A stretch of 51,672 nt of DNA, the filler included, from Streblomastix strix (taxonomy: Eukaryota), in NCBI GenBank assembly GCA_008636045.1. It is 3 parts of 3 records of this genome, joined end to end, with 100 filler letters (N's around TTAATTAATTAA, not from the genome) between each part and the next. Parts side by side here need not be neighbours in the genome. Positions count along the whole stretch, not along the records: positions 1 to 17,160 come from SNRW01000718.1; 2 more parts are not named here. One strand, written 5' to 3'. The notes under the pieces are model-generated. The model worked only from the letters and a program-made list of their open reading frames with translations, was not told the DNA's origin and made no database searches. Numbering within the stretch: the stretch's first letter is position 1; every line of letters begins with the position of its first letter. Below are positions 1 to 13,949 of this stretch, piece by piece. A program made the position numbers and the translations under genes.

Positions 1-3000
1 AGTACTGCTCGGTACCATAGCGAATGGGTATTCTCAGTGATTGTTCCAAATATGCAGCTAGGTTTAAATGTTATTTTTTCAGGTTTAGAAGAAGAAGAAG
101 AAGAAGATTTTTATTTTTAAAGACTAACTTAATTTTACTCAATTTTACTTTTTTCTTTTTCTTTCTCTTTCACTTTGGCCTTTTCTCTTTTTAGTCTTAT
201 TCTCTCTTTCCTTCTTCTCTTCCTCTCTTTCTTTCGTAATTTCTTTTCTTTCTTTTTCTATTTCTTTCTTTCTTTAATTTTCTTGAGGGCATCTGGATCT
301 GTTGGATCAATTTCATCTTCATCATCTTTTTCATCCTCTTCTTCACTTTAACTTTCCTCACTCTCAATATCACTTTCTTCTTCTTATTCTTCTTCTTCTT
401 TTTCTTCTTCATCTTCATGTTTGCTTTCTTATAATTCTTTCTCTTTCTCTAATTGGGCTAGTTTTATACTAATTTAGATGTACATATCTTTTGCATGTTG
501 AGCGAATTGATCGATTGCAATATTACTCAATTTAACAATTCTAAAATAAATATCAAATAATAAGAAATAAAAAACTGCAAAGTTATAATAATTTGTAATC
601 AAACCCTATACGACTTAAATATAGATTCAACATTGTTGCAAGTGCTGTTCTATATGAAAGATAATAAAAAAATGAAATAAACAAAATAAAAAAAAATAAT
701 GATGATTTATTAGTTTCATAAAAATATGGTTCAAAAACCTTGGAAGTTAAATCCAATCACTAATTAAGAATGATTAACAAAGATCAAATAATCCCTTGGA
801 AATAATGTTGATATTATTAAAAAATTCAAATAATTATATGTTGGATTAAAATATAAATAAATATAAGCATATGAATAAAAAAATTGTTTTTACTTTATTA
901 TACCTACTTATAAGAAACAGGTGTGGCAGAAATAAATCGTGAGTTTCTAACAAGTAGATTTTCTGATTAATTTTACCACATCTGGATATAAATAGGAACT
1001 TAGAAAGGAACTTTAATTTCCTCGCGAGTGGATAAAGATTATTGAAAAGATTAATCAGAAAATATGGATGATTTTGTTAAATCACTAACTCCTACATTCT
1101 TTAATATAGTTCCTATCAATGAACATACACGCTCAGCAAGTAAGAAAGAGCCAATTTTCTTTGGAAAGGAGAATAGTCCTGTTATTAAATGTATAAAAAA
1201 AATAATGAGAATCATTAATTAAATAAAAATATTTTTCTAAATTGCGACTTTTCAAACCTGTAGCTTCAAGTGTGCGAAGTACAGCCAATGTTAGTGTATC
1301 TTGATTGGGAAGTTTATCAGAGAATGTGGCACATAAAAAGATTATGAAAAATGAAGGAGATGAAATAGGAAATGGTTATGGAAGTTACAATATTAGTGGT
1401 AATTATTGGTTTTGATTAAAGCTTTCATTTGTGTTTTTTAATTAGTTTCTTTCTTTTTATGTTTGATTTTGATTATTTTGAATTTCTTCATTCTTTTTCT
1501 CGTTTTCAAATGGTGCAACTTTCACAATCCCTGAAATAGCTCCAAGTAATAAACGTAGTATAAATGAAGGTTATACAAAAAATGAATTTGGTTAAGATGA
1601 AGCAAAGCATTATTAATAATAAGAAGATGTTTAAGATGATGAACGGATGGGAGGAGTGGATATTGATGAGATGAATTTTGCAATGATATTACTATATTAT
1701 GAATTAATACATTTTGTAACATGAATATTTCCCAACTACAATAATGTAGAATCACAGAAAATTGAATTAATGATTGAAATTATAGTGAAAATACATTTCA
1801 ATATCATATCTTAACTGAATTAATCAAGTTTTCTTTATTCATATTCCTTTCTTTCTTAAAGCTCTTCCTCATCAATTTCATCACTAGATTCATGTGAATC
1901 TGAATTGTTTTAATTATCATCCACAGCATTGAGGTCCTTATTCATGATATTCTCAATACATTTTTCCATTTATTCTTTTTAACTTTTTCTTTTCTTACTC
2001 TTTTTCAATTCTTTTTTAAGTTATTGTTTTCCTTTATTAATCATAATATTTACAGTATCTAATCCAGCAAATCTTCTTGCAACTTCTATATTTCTTGCAA
2101 TTATTATTCGTCCTCCACTGAAGTTCTTTGACTCCATTTCAATTTAATAATTTTCGTCTTCATCACTCTCTTTATCACTATCATCATCATCGTCAATATA
2201 AATAATTTTATTATCCTCTTTTATCTATAATAATTATATATAAAAAATTAATAATATATCATAATTAATAAATTATAAATATATATGTATATACCATTAA
2301 ATATGCTTTAATTAGTGCAGTCAAATGCGATATGATTGCAGGAAGAATAAAAATCATCAGACACGTAATTTCCTAAGGACCTTCGACTATTTATAATTGA
2401 CAATATTAGAATATTGATATAATGACAATTAAAAATTTAAAGACAATAATGAAAGTATTCTAACCTTGGTTATTTGCTTCAACCATTGGAGATGTGATTT
2501 ACTGAACTTTTTCAAAAGTTAGTGTGCTTGAAATATCTGAAAAAAATAATAAAAATGTGAGAATGGTTAATAAGATGGTAAAAAAATAAATTTTCATACT
2601 ACTTTGGGAAGGTTGTGCTTGTGTGTAAGTGAAATGAGGCATTTAAGATGATGATGACATTATTGTGGTAGTTGGAGAAAGTGAATTAACTTTGCCTATT
2701 AGTGGGGTGAAAAGGTTTTAAGTCTGCATTATTGAGCTGGAAGATTTCTTTCTATCTGGTTTTTTGAAATCGAATGAAGATCTGCTTTATTTCTTCTTTG
2801 GAGATTTAAAATTTGATGGTATTAATTATTTTGTGAATTGTGTTATAATAGAAGAATTTGAAGAAATGGCTACAAATATTACAATGGAATATAGAAAATT
2901 ATATAATAAAAAATAGAAATTAAAATTGAAATAAACAAAAACTATAAAAAATGAAAGTTATATGATTAAATAATATATAATAACCTTGAAGTGTTTGTGC

Positions 3001-6000
3001 AACAGCAACTGCATAGCTCTTACATCCTCCAATCATTCTTCTCTCTGTTAAAAGTCGAAATTCGAGTTATGTTAGTAGATAATGAATGTCAACAAGTGTT
3101 AAGCCTAAATATTTAAATTCTTTCTTTGTAGATGATTATATGTCTAATATATCTTTATTATTCTTTTCAATATCCTTATTCATTTATGATTTTTTTAAGT
3201 TGTTTGATTAATTTTCATTTTCATTGTTTTTCAATTCTGAATTATTATCTTTATCCATTTAATTTATACAACTGAAAAGAGTAGGGAATCTAAGAAGAGA
3301 AAATGTGGGAAAACGTAATGGACGAAGAATTAAAAGTAAAATTTGTCTTATAGCAGATGTTTCTTGGTAAGAAGGAAGTGAAATGGATGGTTATTAAACA
3401 TTAGATTATGTTCCATGTTCAATTAGATCTGTTTAGAGATAAGTTGTTGATGATGAAGATGTGGAAACTTAATTTTCTTTTTCTTTTATGGCATTTTCAT
3501 CTTTATTTTCTATTTATTCGAGAAAAGTATTATTATTAATGTTCTATTAATCTTCTGTAATAACAAATTCAGTAGGAATAGGTCCACCTGAAGCAAATGT
3601 TTGAATATGTGGTGGAATAATCGGGATTTTGTTTTATAATCTAAATCTGTTTTGATTGAATTATTTATCACTAAGTAAGTTATTCTAATCCATTTCCCCA
3701 GTATGATTAATATTATTAACAACATTTTATGTAATAATCTCGATTTAAGACCGAGAAGATGATTTATTAGAATCATGGGAATTTATATTCATATTTTTAT
3801 TTTATTCTTTTTTATTGAGTTATTATTTTTTTGAGGGTTATATGGCAATTACTTATTGAGAACTCTAAGGAGATAAAGTTTAAGTAAGAAGAATAACAGC
3901 TTTTTCTTTTAAATCTTCTTCTATAATTGGAAAATGATTTATAAAATAATGGAAAATAATTTATAAAATTCTATTTATAGTAAAATAATAACCTTCAAAT
4001 GAAAGGTGTTAATCATAAGGAGGTTTCATATATTGGTCATCCAATTGATTGATACTCACCTCAGCGCTCTTCTATGTTTTGTGATCTATTAAAAATGAAA
4101 ATATAAAATATAATAGGAAATATAAAACACCAAATTCCTTTCATAAAACATAATAAATACAAACCTACTCCTCCACTGTATGCAGTCTTTACTAAAACAT
4201 TGATGAAATGCGGTGAAATACTCATCCAACTGGCAAGTTTATACTCAGTAAGTGTGGTGAATGAAAGGATATCAAGCAATATTTTCTATACAACAGTATC
4301 TGATTAGCTGTTTGTTTCTTACGGAGGTGTTTGTTATTCATCAGAAGAGAAATCATCATCAGCATTTGCAAATATATTCAGCTGTTCTTTTGCAAATGAT
4401 AATGATAAATATAGTGAGAAGCAAGCTGTATTTAAGTGTAAATGAGTTGCAGTCCCGTTTTGAATTGATTAAAGTAAAATATTTTCCTTGAAATTATAAT
4501 TCATCAAATTTAGAAGTCCATCATAATTTTATGCAAGTTATGATAAAATCTAAGAAAATAATAATATATATATAATATTTGCATATGAATTAATATAAAT
4601 TAAACATATAAAATAAAAAAATATATTTCTATCGAAAATTAGATAAAGTGATAAACCTTAGAATTTGATAATGCTAACTATTAACTTTAGTTTCTTCCTG
4701 TTTATTATGAAAATATAAAGAGAATGTAAGTTAATAATAAGTCTAAATTTTATATTTATATTTATTAAATGTATTTCTTCTTACCAAAGTCTGATAATAC
4801 AAACAAATCAGTAGCTGCAACGAGTCGAAATCTTTTTTGCATTATATCAATAAATTTTGGATATAAAAAAAAGTTATATTAAATTCAATTTAATTTGTTA
4901 TTTTAATATAAAAAATAAATATAAATATATAATTTAAAATGAAAAACCGAGCTGCTTACACTAAAGCATTGGCTGGAAACCATTTTGCAGAACGAAGTGA
5001 GTTGAATATATAAAAATTTTTGGCATCATCTTCAGAAAGAATATCATATCCGTTTGAATCATCGCTAACAGTATATAGTTATGGTTCCAAAATACCAATA
5101 TAACCATCAAGCTCAGCTCCAGCAGGTTACCCTTGCAGCCATTGTGTTAAGGTTTCTTTATTCTTTAATTGCGATTATGATGAAGACTATAAAGCTATAG
5201 CTGCATTTCGAAATTCTGCAAATGTTAAACTTGCAATTTCATCATTTGAATCGCTCGCGTTTTTTTGCTAAGAAATGCCATATTTCTCCAATTCGTCACC
5301 TTCTTCCTTTTATAACTAATCAATTATTTCTTATGGCATGTTTCCTATGAAAAAAAGGAGAGTTAAACGAATAATTGTTTTGTTAAGTGCAATTATTTTC
5401 TCATAGAAATTATTTATAAATAAAATAAAATTATAATATATTTGCCAACCTTTCTCGATTTCACGTGCCAATGTGTCAAGAAGGAAAATATTTGAAAGTG
5501 GTGATTAAGATGATTAAGTCCTGGCAAAAGAAATGATATCTTTTAAGGTTTACAGTTGCTATGAATATATTGGACTTAAATTCTATATAGATTACACAAA
5601 AATAGGAGGATGATTTTGATCTTTACTCATATCTTTATTAATTATTCCGTTCTTATTCGTATTATTATTCTAGAATTATGATAATGCAGAAGAATAAGCA
5701 ACAGTTGCAAGGATTCCCGTTGAATATGGGATCAATTAACTAATAGATACAGATGTATTCACTCCATCTGTTATCTTCTTCCTTCCTCCAATGATACTTT
5801 TTCTAATTCCTTCTCCTTTTTATGTCTTTATTCCACCTCCAATATTCAATCGCCCAGCATTAAATGAAGAAGGATTAAAATGAGTGAGTTCTTTTCGAAT
5901 GAGAATTTCAAGACTACTTTCAAGACCTTGAGGTGATAATGTTTATAAATAATAATAATAATTTATTTTTAAAAATAATTATTTCTTTTAACTATATTAA

Positions 6001-8349
6001 ATGATTCTACCTTCATGAGGTGCATCTCCTGCAAGTGCAAGCGCCGAAGATGACGCGAATATTAATGATATTTATTATTAATTCAAAATATCTATATATT
6101 CAAGCAACGCCTATTTTTTTTTAAAAATTAGAAAATTTATTTACTTAAATAAAAAAAAGTTTATTTTCAATTTATCATCAATTTTAATAAAAATTTCATT
6201 ATGATTACCTAAACAAAGACTGAGAATTGACGCATCCCTAAAGTCTCCTTCACGCATAATGTATATATTGTGTCTAATGCAGCATCTATTGTAACTCTGT
6301 GATTAGACCCTACGAATGACACGAGTTTCGCAAGTATATCTGATCTGATCTCATTTTCATACAAAAAAAAGTTATTTCATAAAAAATTATAGATATTAGA
6401 AATCAATTCAATTAAATATTCCATATCTATGAATCATACCTATGCTATACGGAAGAAAACGAAGAGAATGCAGATAAAAATAAATTAAATGCACAGCTTC
6501 CCATAAGGTTAGTAGAATGAGAGTGGATCAACGATGCCTTTGCTTACTATGATGCTGATTTAGAATTATTTAATTCCATCATCAACATTGAAGCAATTTC
6601 GAGAATGTCTTCTAATACAGATTCAAGTACTCTATAAAATATATCAAAACATAATAAGATTTTTGATTTTATAAAATTAATTCATATATTTTAAAAAAAT
6701 TAAAACCTCGAATGTTCACGATCAAAAGCAGTTTAAATTGTGGCTTAGTTTAAAACCCCACTTGATGCAAGTTTCTTAGCCAACTCATTGCTCATTTTAT
6801 TTGTCTATGGAACACTGTGTAATGCAATAAGAAACCACAAGTCAATTGGAAGCATTAAATGTATAATCCCAGAGTTAGAAGAATTTTGACCTTTTTATTA
6901 TAGCTTTGAAGTCCTTTCTTATTATCGAGGATCAGTTTTTAGTTTGGCTGACTATTTAAATGAGTTAGATTTTGATCCTATAAGTTAATTAAGTCGTATA
7001 AAAACGTGTTGCACAAAATTGTGATTCGAAGAGCAAGCTTTCTATAACATTTCGAATACCAATAACACAGCTGATTGTACAGAAGATCTTTTAGCAGTAC
7101 TTGTATTATACGCATTTGTATTGTTCTTATTTCTGCTCTAAATTTATTTTTATTATTTTGTGAAGATTGCACTATTGATGTTCTTACAAAGCTCTTCAGA
7201 TATATAATCCATCTAAATAATAAATGGTTGACAAGTAAAATGAATATAAAATTGATATATAATATAATAATAATAATTATACTCGATGTTCAGGTGTGTT
7301 ATCTAGAAGATACTATACAACTGTAGGAAGGGTCTCAATATCACATTTTCTAAGTGATCCTACACACAATTCCAACACAGCTTCTCGCTGAGTAGAAGTT
7401 GAGCGAAGAACAGAAAATGTGGACAAAACAGAAGGAAGGACACTTTCTCCTAAAGGACCAACATCGCCTGCCAACTTTATAAGTTCATCTGCAACGTATA
7501 TTTGGGCATTGTCAGATCCAACCCCTGCAAGAGCGCCAATTACTTCAGATATAACATCTAAAGATCCTCCGTCAATGCTAGATGATGAATTATCTGTATT
7601 TTTTTATTTCACAGTCACCAGGTTCAATGTTTCGAATAAGCGGCTGATAGCATGGTGCTCGCAAGCTAAATCTTCCATCCATATTATCTATCGTAAAATA
7701 AGTCGAATAATAGATGATAATGCATCGTATCTTTCATCGCCAGGGTTTATCATATCTCTAAATTGTACAATTAGGATATTAGAATTATACTAATATAAAA
7801 AAAGGTTAATATCAATACATTTCTACTACACAGTCATCAAGTTTATCAAGGAGAACATCAATTGCTTTATTCTATAATGTTTCAACGGACAAAATAATCC
7901 GAAAAATGCTATCACCTGACGAATTTTAGTTGGAAAAGAACTGAACTTGATTCCTTACAAATGCGAAAGAGTTATATATGATGATAGTATAGATAATAGT
8001 CATCATACTTGTTTATTGGATAAATTTAGATCAATAATTTTCTGAATTATTTTACATCAGAACAGAAGTCTAGCATCTGTTTCTCAAATAAAGTTCTGAA
8101 TTTTTCTTCACGTGCCTTTTACTCCAGAGCAAGACGCGTGGCATAAGGATTTATTTCTGAAGAAATAAAAGGCAAATATTTAAAATAATATAATAATATG
8201 TAAGTTATAAGCCTTGGTTACGAAAATCGCATACCAAAATAAAGATCGTCATTATTATACCCAATCCCAATGTTTTTTAATAAATCTGTGAATTTTTATA
8301 CGGAAGAACTTGCTTAACGTTTATTTGTAATATCCGATACTCCAGCCAT
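1..8349 (-). CDS. FANCD2: Fanconi anemia group D2 protein orthologue, multi-exon, 3' end runs off the contig
   Basis: ATG at 8349, GT-AG introns, TAR read as Gln. Spliced peptides match FANCD2 blocks in order: SIFRIILSVETLQNKAIDVLLDKL (human [24 protein letters not shown]), IRLILRQIIWME (PRLIVSQLKWLD), ETLPTVVQYLL (EDLPVIIKFIL), LEILIRKELTH (MHLVIRKQLSS, ubiquitination Lys at 5892-5894), LSFAKEQLNIFA (LNWFREIVNAFC), LRPLRFPTFSLL, FGTITENTHSLWYRAV at the contig edge. No in-frame TGA in the exons I translated. Confidence 0.85.
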
Positions 8350-10336
8350 GAGCAAATTAAAAATTCAAAAAATTCAAAAAAAAATCAAAAAGTTGGGATT
8401 AGAGCTATTTCAAAGAACTGAAAACAAATGAAGTGATGGATTATCAAAATAATACTTTATTTCTTCTTTTTCACCACTTCCTGAATATTTTATCATTCAA
8501 GTTCCTTCTTCATCTTAACTATTCTATCTACATATCTATCTTTAACAAATAGAATTTACTCTTTATTCTCATTCTATGCATTTCAAATCTCTTCTTTATT
8601 ATCCTTTATTAATTTTCCTTTTGAATCATTCTCCATTGAATATATAATTCTTAATTTTTCTTTATATAATTTGAATTATCAATATTTTTATCATTTCCGA
8701 ATTCAGCTATTAGTTTTTTATCTCCTTTTCCAAGTCATACAAAACTCTCATTCATACTTTATTTGATAAATAGAAATATGATAACTTATTATATGATATT
8801 AATTCTGTAAAGAAATCTATAACTATTACTAAATTATTTATTTCCATTCATCGATTAATTTTTTGATAGATTAAATTAATTATGTAAATCTATTTTATCT
8901 GAACTGAACTTCAATATATCAACTACTTTCTCTTTGATGAATAAATCCTCATATATCTGCATTTGTATTTAATTTAATATTTATTATTTTTTTATATTAT
9001 TAATTATATAAATTATTAATTTTATAAATACCATTTAATTGCTTTCAGTCAAAAATATCAAATAATTCTGATATTTTATCTGATTTTATCGATATAACTG
9101 ATAGTCCATAAAGCATATCTGAAAAAATCATTAAAATTATTATCTAAATAATTATTTTAATTATTTAAGTAAGTAGATGAAGAAATATTTAATGAATTAC
9201 ATAATTTAATGATTATTAATTATAAAGTATCTAAATTTAAAGTCGAATAGATTCATTTATCTTAATAAAAAGTCACTGCGATCTGAATTCGGCCAAAACC
9301 GTGCGTATGACAGAATTTCCTTTTATTATGAATACATTTGGTTGCGAAGATCAACGTAATTATTAATATTAAAACAATTTGAGCTTCTAATCCAATTCAT
9401 GTTCGGAAATATCTTATTTGAACTCTTCACAATAATTTTCCTCTTCTTCCTCAATAATATACATAAATTGCACCACAGTCTACTAATTTAACCACGCTAT
9501 CTGTAGCCATAATCCCCGCGTCAAATCACAATTGCTCCTAAGGCTCAATTCATCAATGTAATTCACAAATGAAATGGATAATTCAAATCAAATGTCTATG
9601 ACACAAACATACACATTTATCTTCAAAAATTACAGCAGGAATTAATATTTAAAAATCATTTAAATTATTCAAAAATATTTAAAATAAAATTGAATTTTCA
9701 AAATTTATTAAATAATTTTTCAATTTTAACTGCAAATTTATTCACTAGCTAATAAACTAATTATATCAATTACTTATACAAATAGTCTATATCACTACAT
9801 GTCTCACTAATATGTGAATTAATTAACACAAAGATGTGTAGGAGTGGGTAAAAATAATATGAAATAAATTACTAAAATTTTTCAAATAATTTCAAATGTA
9901 TGTATACTTTATGTATCAATAATTAAAAATATTATAGATAAAAATAATATGTAACCAATCAGAATTTTTGTTAATATCTTCGTTCTAATCATTAAGTTAA
10001 TTAGCTGTCTATAGTAATAAATCAACTTGTATACAACGATATAATCTGTGCTCTGTTATACGATAGACTTTTAATTTATTATTCATATAATAAAATTTAA
10101 ATAATAATATTTTAAAATATTTATTCAATGTGAACGCTCTTGCAGTGGATAATAATTCATAATTCTTTTTTACAAATTAGAGCATTTCTTGAGCTGATTT
10201 GATTTATGGGATTTACATTAAAAACGACTTCAATTCTTAAGTCATCTATTAAAAAAATAAAAATACAAACCATACCAAAATCTGGCACAAAAAATTTAAT
10301 TTTTTATCTTATCATAAAATAGCTGAGAAGTATAGA

Positions 10337-10914
10337 ATGAATAAAACATATATTGAAATTTTACTATATCAAGTATAAGTTATATATCTACCCAATAATA
10401 CTGCAGTTGAATTAAGAAATATATTAACTAATGAACTACACAGTTTACATTATCCAGGTCATTTTACCGTAATGACTGAAATTATAGCATTTGTTAATCA
10501 AATTGTTGCCGAAAGAAATAAATAACAGTAATAAGGAGAATACTAATAACCAGTTAATGAATGATAATAGTAGTTAGCATTAATGAACAATAACAATAAA
10601 CTTAATTACAATCAATGATGGAAGAAGTTAATGTATAGTAATAATAGTTGAACATTAATGAACAATAATCTTAATTTATTACAAATGTTGATGATATTAT
10701 AAATGAATTGAACTAGTCTGGTAACACTGATGAAGATGGTCTATTTGATCCTGTTTAGTACAGAGCTAATTATAAAAAAAATTGATGAAAGTGATAGATT
10801 GTAATATATGTTATAATTGATACAAGCCTAACAATATATTACTAATTAGATACATTTATTATAAAAGTCATTGTAAATAATAAATGATATTTTAAGATAG
10901 GAATTTTATTTGAA
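10337..10914 (+). pseudogene. degenerate intronless Gln/Asn-rich ORF of unknown identity, possibly mobile-element derived
   Basis: MNKTYIEILLYQVQVIYLPNNTAVELRNILTNELHSLHYPGHFTVMTEIIAFVNQIVAERN... then TGA stops and frameshifts, later VDDIINELNQSGNTDEDGLFDPVQYRANY; ends at the pogo element boundary. Confidence 0.3.
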
Positions 10915-12604
10915 TAGAGTTTCCAATAATAAAACAAGACACAAGGATCGAACCCGACAGTTTACATTTTTTTTTATTAAACATCCCAAATTAACTGGAA
11001 AAAAATTAGCCGTTTGCGAGGAGTTGTATGGCCAAACCTGTTTCAATTGGCAAAATACGCGCAGAATTATTAAATATTCTTGATGCGAGAACGTGCAGAT
11101 AAATTCTTCGTGAGTTGTCGAGCAAAAACTACGAAACAAGAAACCAGCAAATTAAAGATTTGCACGAAACAGTAATTACAGTAGCTGAATAAAAATGGAG
11201 CCTACGTCGATTTGCAGTAATATTTGATATTTCTCATCAGTATCTTGGCGACATGATCGACGGGAAAACGGGCAAAAAGTAACAAGAAGCTAATGCACGC
11301 AATTTCACAGATCTGCAAGAGGATATTTTTGTTCAAGAGGCCATAAACTGATATAAAAGTGGAGATCCTTTTACGCATGTTACGTTTCACGAGGACGTAT
11401 AACATTAATTTCCAGAGATTGAGCTGACAGACGGCTACACGGCTTCATTCCTTTCTCGCAGAGAGCACCAGCTTACAACAAAGTTCGCATCACCTATGGA
11501 AAATAAGAGATTCGATGCTCCATTAGAATCTGCATCGGAATACATCATTCGCCCTGACGAAGAAGTAATTGGAATTCCTGCATGAATTTTTGCAAACTGC
11601 GACGAATCTGGGATTCAGCAATATCTTGACAGTCATCGCAAAGCAGTTATTTGTCCAATATATGTCAAGGATAGCGAATGCAAATACAAAGTCGATAGAA
11701 GTGATAAAAACACCACAGTTTTGGCAGGAATTTGTCTCGACAGTTCTAACGTGTGCATAGCCATCGTCGTTCGAGGAAAAACTCTGGTTGATGACATTTT
11801 CACGAAAAGTCTTCGGGAAGGAGTTGATTGCATTGTCTTGCCTAACGATAAAGGTTATGTGTGCTCGAATCACTTCATTATTTGGATAATGAGGTGCCCT
11901 ATTCCTTTCTTCGTCAAATGGAGAAAGGAGAACAAACTACTCCCAACAGAGTGGGGAGGGTTACAACTGGATGGCCACAGAGCACATTTAACTGAAGAGA
12001 TAAAATAGGCTCTTACTAAAGCCCACATACGGATTATTTAATTGCCTGCACACACAAGCCACTGTTTCCAGCCTCTTGACCTCTCGACGTTTCATTCAAT
12101 GAAAAGCAAGGTCCGCAAATAAATCACTGGGTTTGCCCCAAAGACATAAGCTGATAAAATTCAAAAATCTGTTATGGCGCTTCAGCTAGCAACAACACCA
12201 TTTGCGAATATGCACGCATTCGCAAATGCGGCAATTTGCTAAGATTGCACGAAAATTCCGCATCGATCAATAAAAGCTGAACAATAACTTGGAAATTAAA
12301 TTTCTAAGTTGCTGGGTGATAGAATGAAATGAGAGTAATATCCTGAGTCACGATCAACCATATTGAAATCATTTCATTTTTTTCGTACTTTTTCCCTAGT
12401 TTTTTTTTATCAAAATTTGGTGTTTGTTAACACTTTAATGGTATTCTAATATATTTTTAAATTATAACCATATTTATATCATTTTATTATATTTGTATTT
12501 AAATTGTGACATGAATTAATATAAAAATTAAATATTGATAATATCATATAAATTTGTACTGTCAAGTCCTAATATTGCGGCAAGTCCATTTATTGGAAAC
12601 TCTA
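10915..12604 (+). mobile_element. pogo/Fot1-like (Tc1/mariner-related, DDE_1) DNA transposon, apparently full length
   Basis: Perfect 15-bp inverted repeat TAGAGTTTCCAATAA (10915-10929) / TTATTGGAAACTCTA (12590-12604), outer TA consistent with a TA target duplication, enclosing a transposase frame whose ATG is about 100 bp inside the left repeat. Confidence 0.7.
11028..12332 (+). pseudogene. DD35D pogo-family transposase with in-frame TGA stops
   Basis: One frame from ATG 11028: HTH-like WSLRRFAVIFDISHQYL, FANCDESG (D 11601), LQLDGHRAH (D 11970), LPAHTSHCFQPLD (D 12078, 35 residues after the second D). Internal TGA at 11349 and 11583. Confidence 0.9.
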
Positions 12605-12609
12605 GTAGT

Positions 12610-13480
12610 AGCCTATTGGTTTCGAAAACGCATATAAAGACTTTATTCTTTAAGAATTGAAGCTCATTTTGTAAATAAAGAAGATTATCTTGGAAATATT
12701 GACATTGTAGGATCCTTTTCTTTCATTTTTAAGATTATACAGAAGAAATTAAACTACGATCGTTGATTGAAGAAGTTGCTTATTATTGAACAGGTGTTGC
12801 TTTAGTGATTTGATGGCTCTTTAACTCGCCCGAGGCTCATATTGGAGTCTGGTTTGACTTGAATTTGTCCCACCACACATTCTTCTTTTGCTTGTTGGTG
12901 CATTAACTTCCGTTTTTGAACTGTGGTTAGTTAGATTTCCTCTTGAATAAGTTACCTAAGTTCTCTTCGATCATCTTAGTATCATTGACAGTTATTATGT
13001 CCTTTGTTTCATAGCTTAGGACCTCACTTGCATTTTATCTTCCAGATGAAACTATGTCTTTATCTGATCCTGGTAGATTGTGTTACTCACGTATTAGTTA
13101 TGCATCCCAACATTCTTCTACTGCATATATGCGTATATAGTACATAGTAGTGTGGATTAATGGGCTGTTAAGCATTGGATCAGTCTATCGCAATATTGCA
13201 TGTGCTCTTCTGATGATTATCACTACTTGGTGAACTGAACTTTCCACGCATTTTGTCGGAGTTACTTGAATTTCCATAGCTCAGTTTCAATGTTTGATCG
13301 ATCTCGGTAACGCAAAGAGTTGAATGTTTACTGATCGCTTCCATTTTCCCAAGTGGTCTTTCTTCTTTGATTGATTCGTCTAACATGAATAGTTGCTACT
13401 AGGATAGCTTATGAAGAATCCAGTCTGTCATTGCTGACGAAGTGTATCGGTGATGTGCGGGCTTTTGCGGACATAAACCC
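12610..13480 (-). mobile_element. possible decayed gag-like ORF of a retroelement
   Basis: GC-richer, intronless, partly open frame (...YYIRIYAVEECWDAQLIREQHNLPGSDKDIVSSGRQNASEVLSYETKDII...) with stops; general resemblance to the gag-side sequence of the DIRS element at 34518. No diagnostic motif. Confidence 0.25.
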
Positions 13481-13949
13481 CATTAATTGTACAAAAGATA
13501 TGGACCTCTCTCAATGTTGAGGCAAATTGCCTCAACATGGAGGCAAATCATAATCGTGAGGTTATCTAATCAACGAAAATTTTTTCCTAAATCTGTTATG
13601 CTTCTTCAAAAAAATGAAAATACGAATGTCAGATGTCTGAAAAATAAAGATGATTTGAGTGGTAAAACAGTTGTGAATAGTGCAAAATCATATTCGATAC
13701 ATGTTTCAAATCCATATAATGCTTTTCATTTCTTCTATAATAATGATGAACTGAAGTATTGGTTTATGCATAGGCCCAATAAATAATAAGAATCATCAGA
13801 TAGATACGAAAAAACTACTGTTCATGTTTATATTCATGCAAAATTCCCTTAGATTATTTGAAACGTATCTAATATAAATAAGGAAAAATTATTTAAGATA
13901 AAGAATTAAAAAGAATTATGAATTGAGTGCACGTTGCACTTAAAATTAC

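Noticed and set aside
8155..8235. GC-AG first intron in FANCD2
   Set aside because: A canonical GTATG donor about 20 nt upstream gives the correct frame.
8410..9620. Minus-strand coding-like segments upstream of FANCD2
   Set aside because: Multiple TGA stops in all frames and no recognisable motif; probably a decayed gene but not callable.
13487..13860. Plus-strand ORF MYKRYGPLSM...
   Set aside because: Non-ATG start, no motif, lies between two decayed elements.
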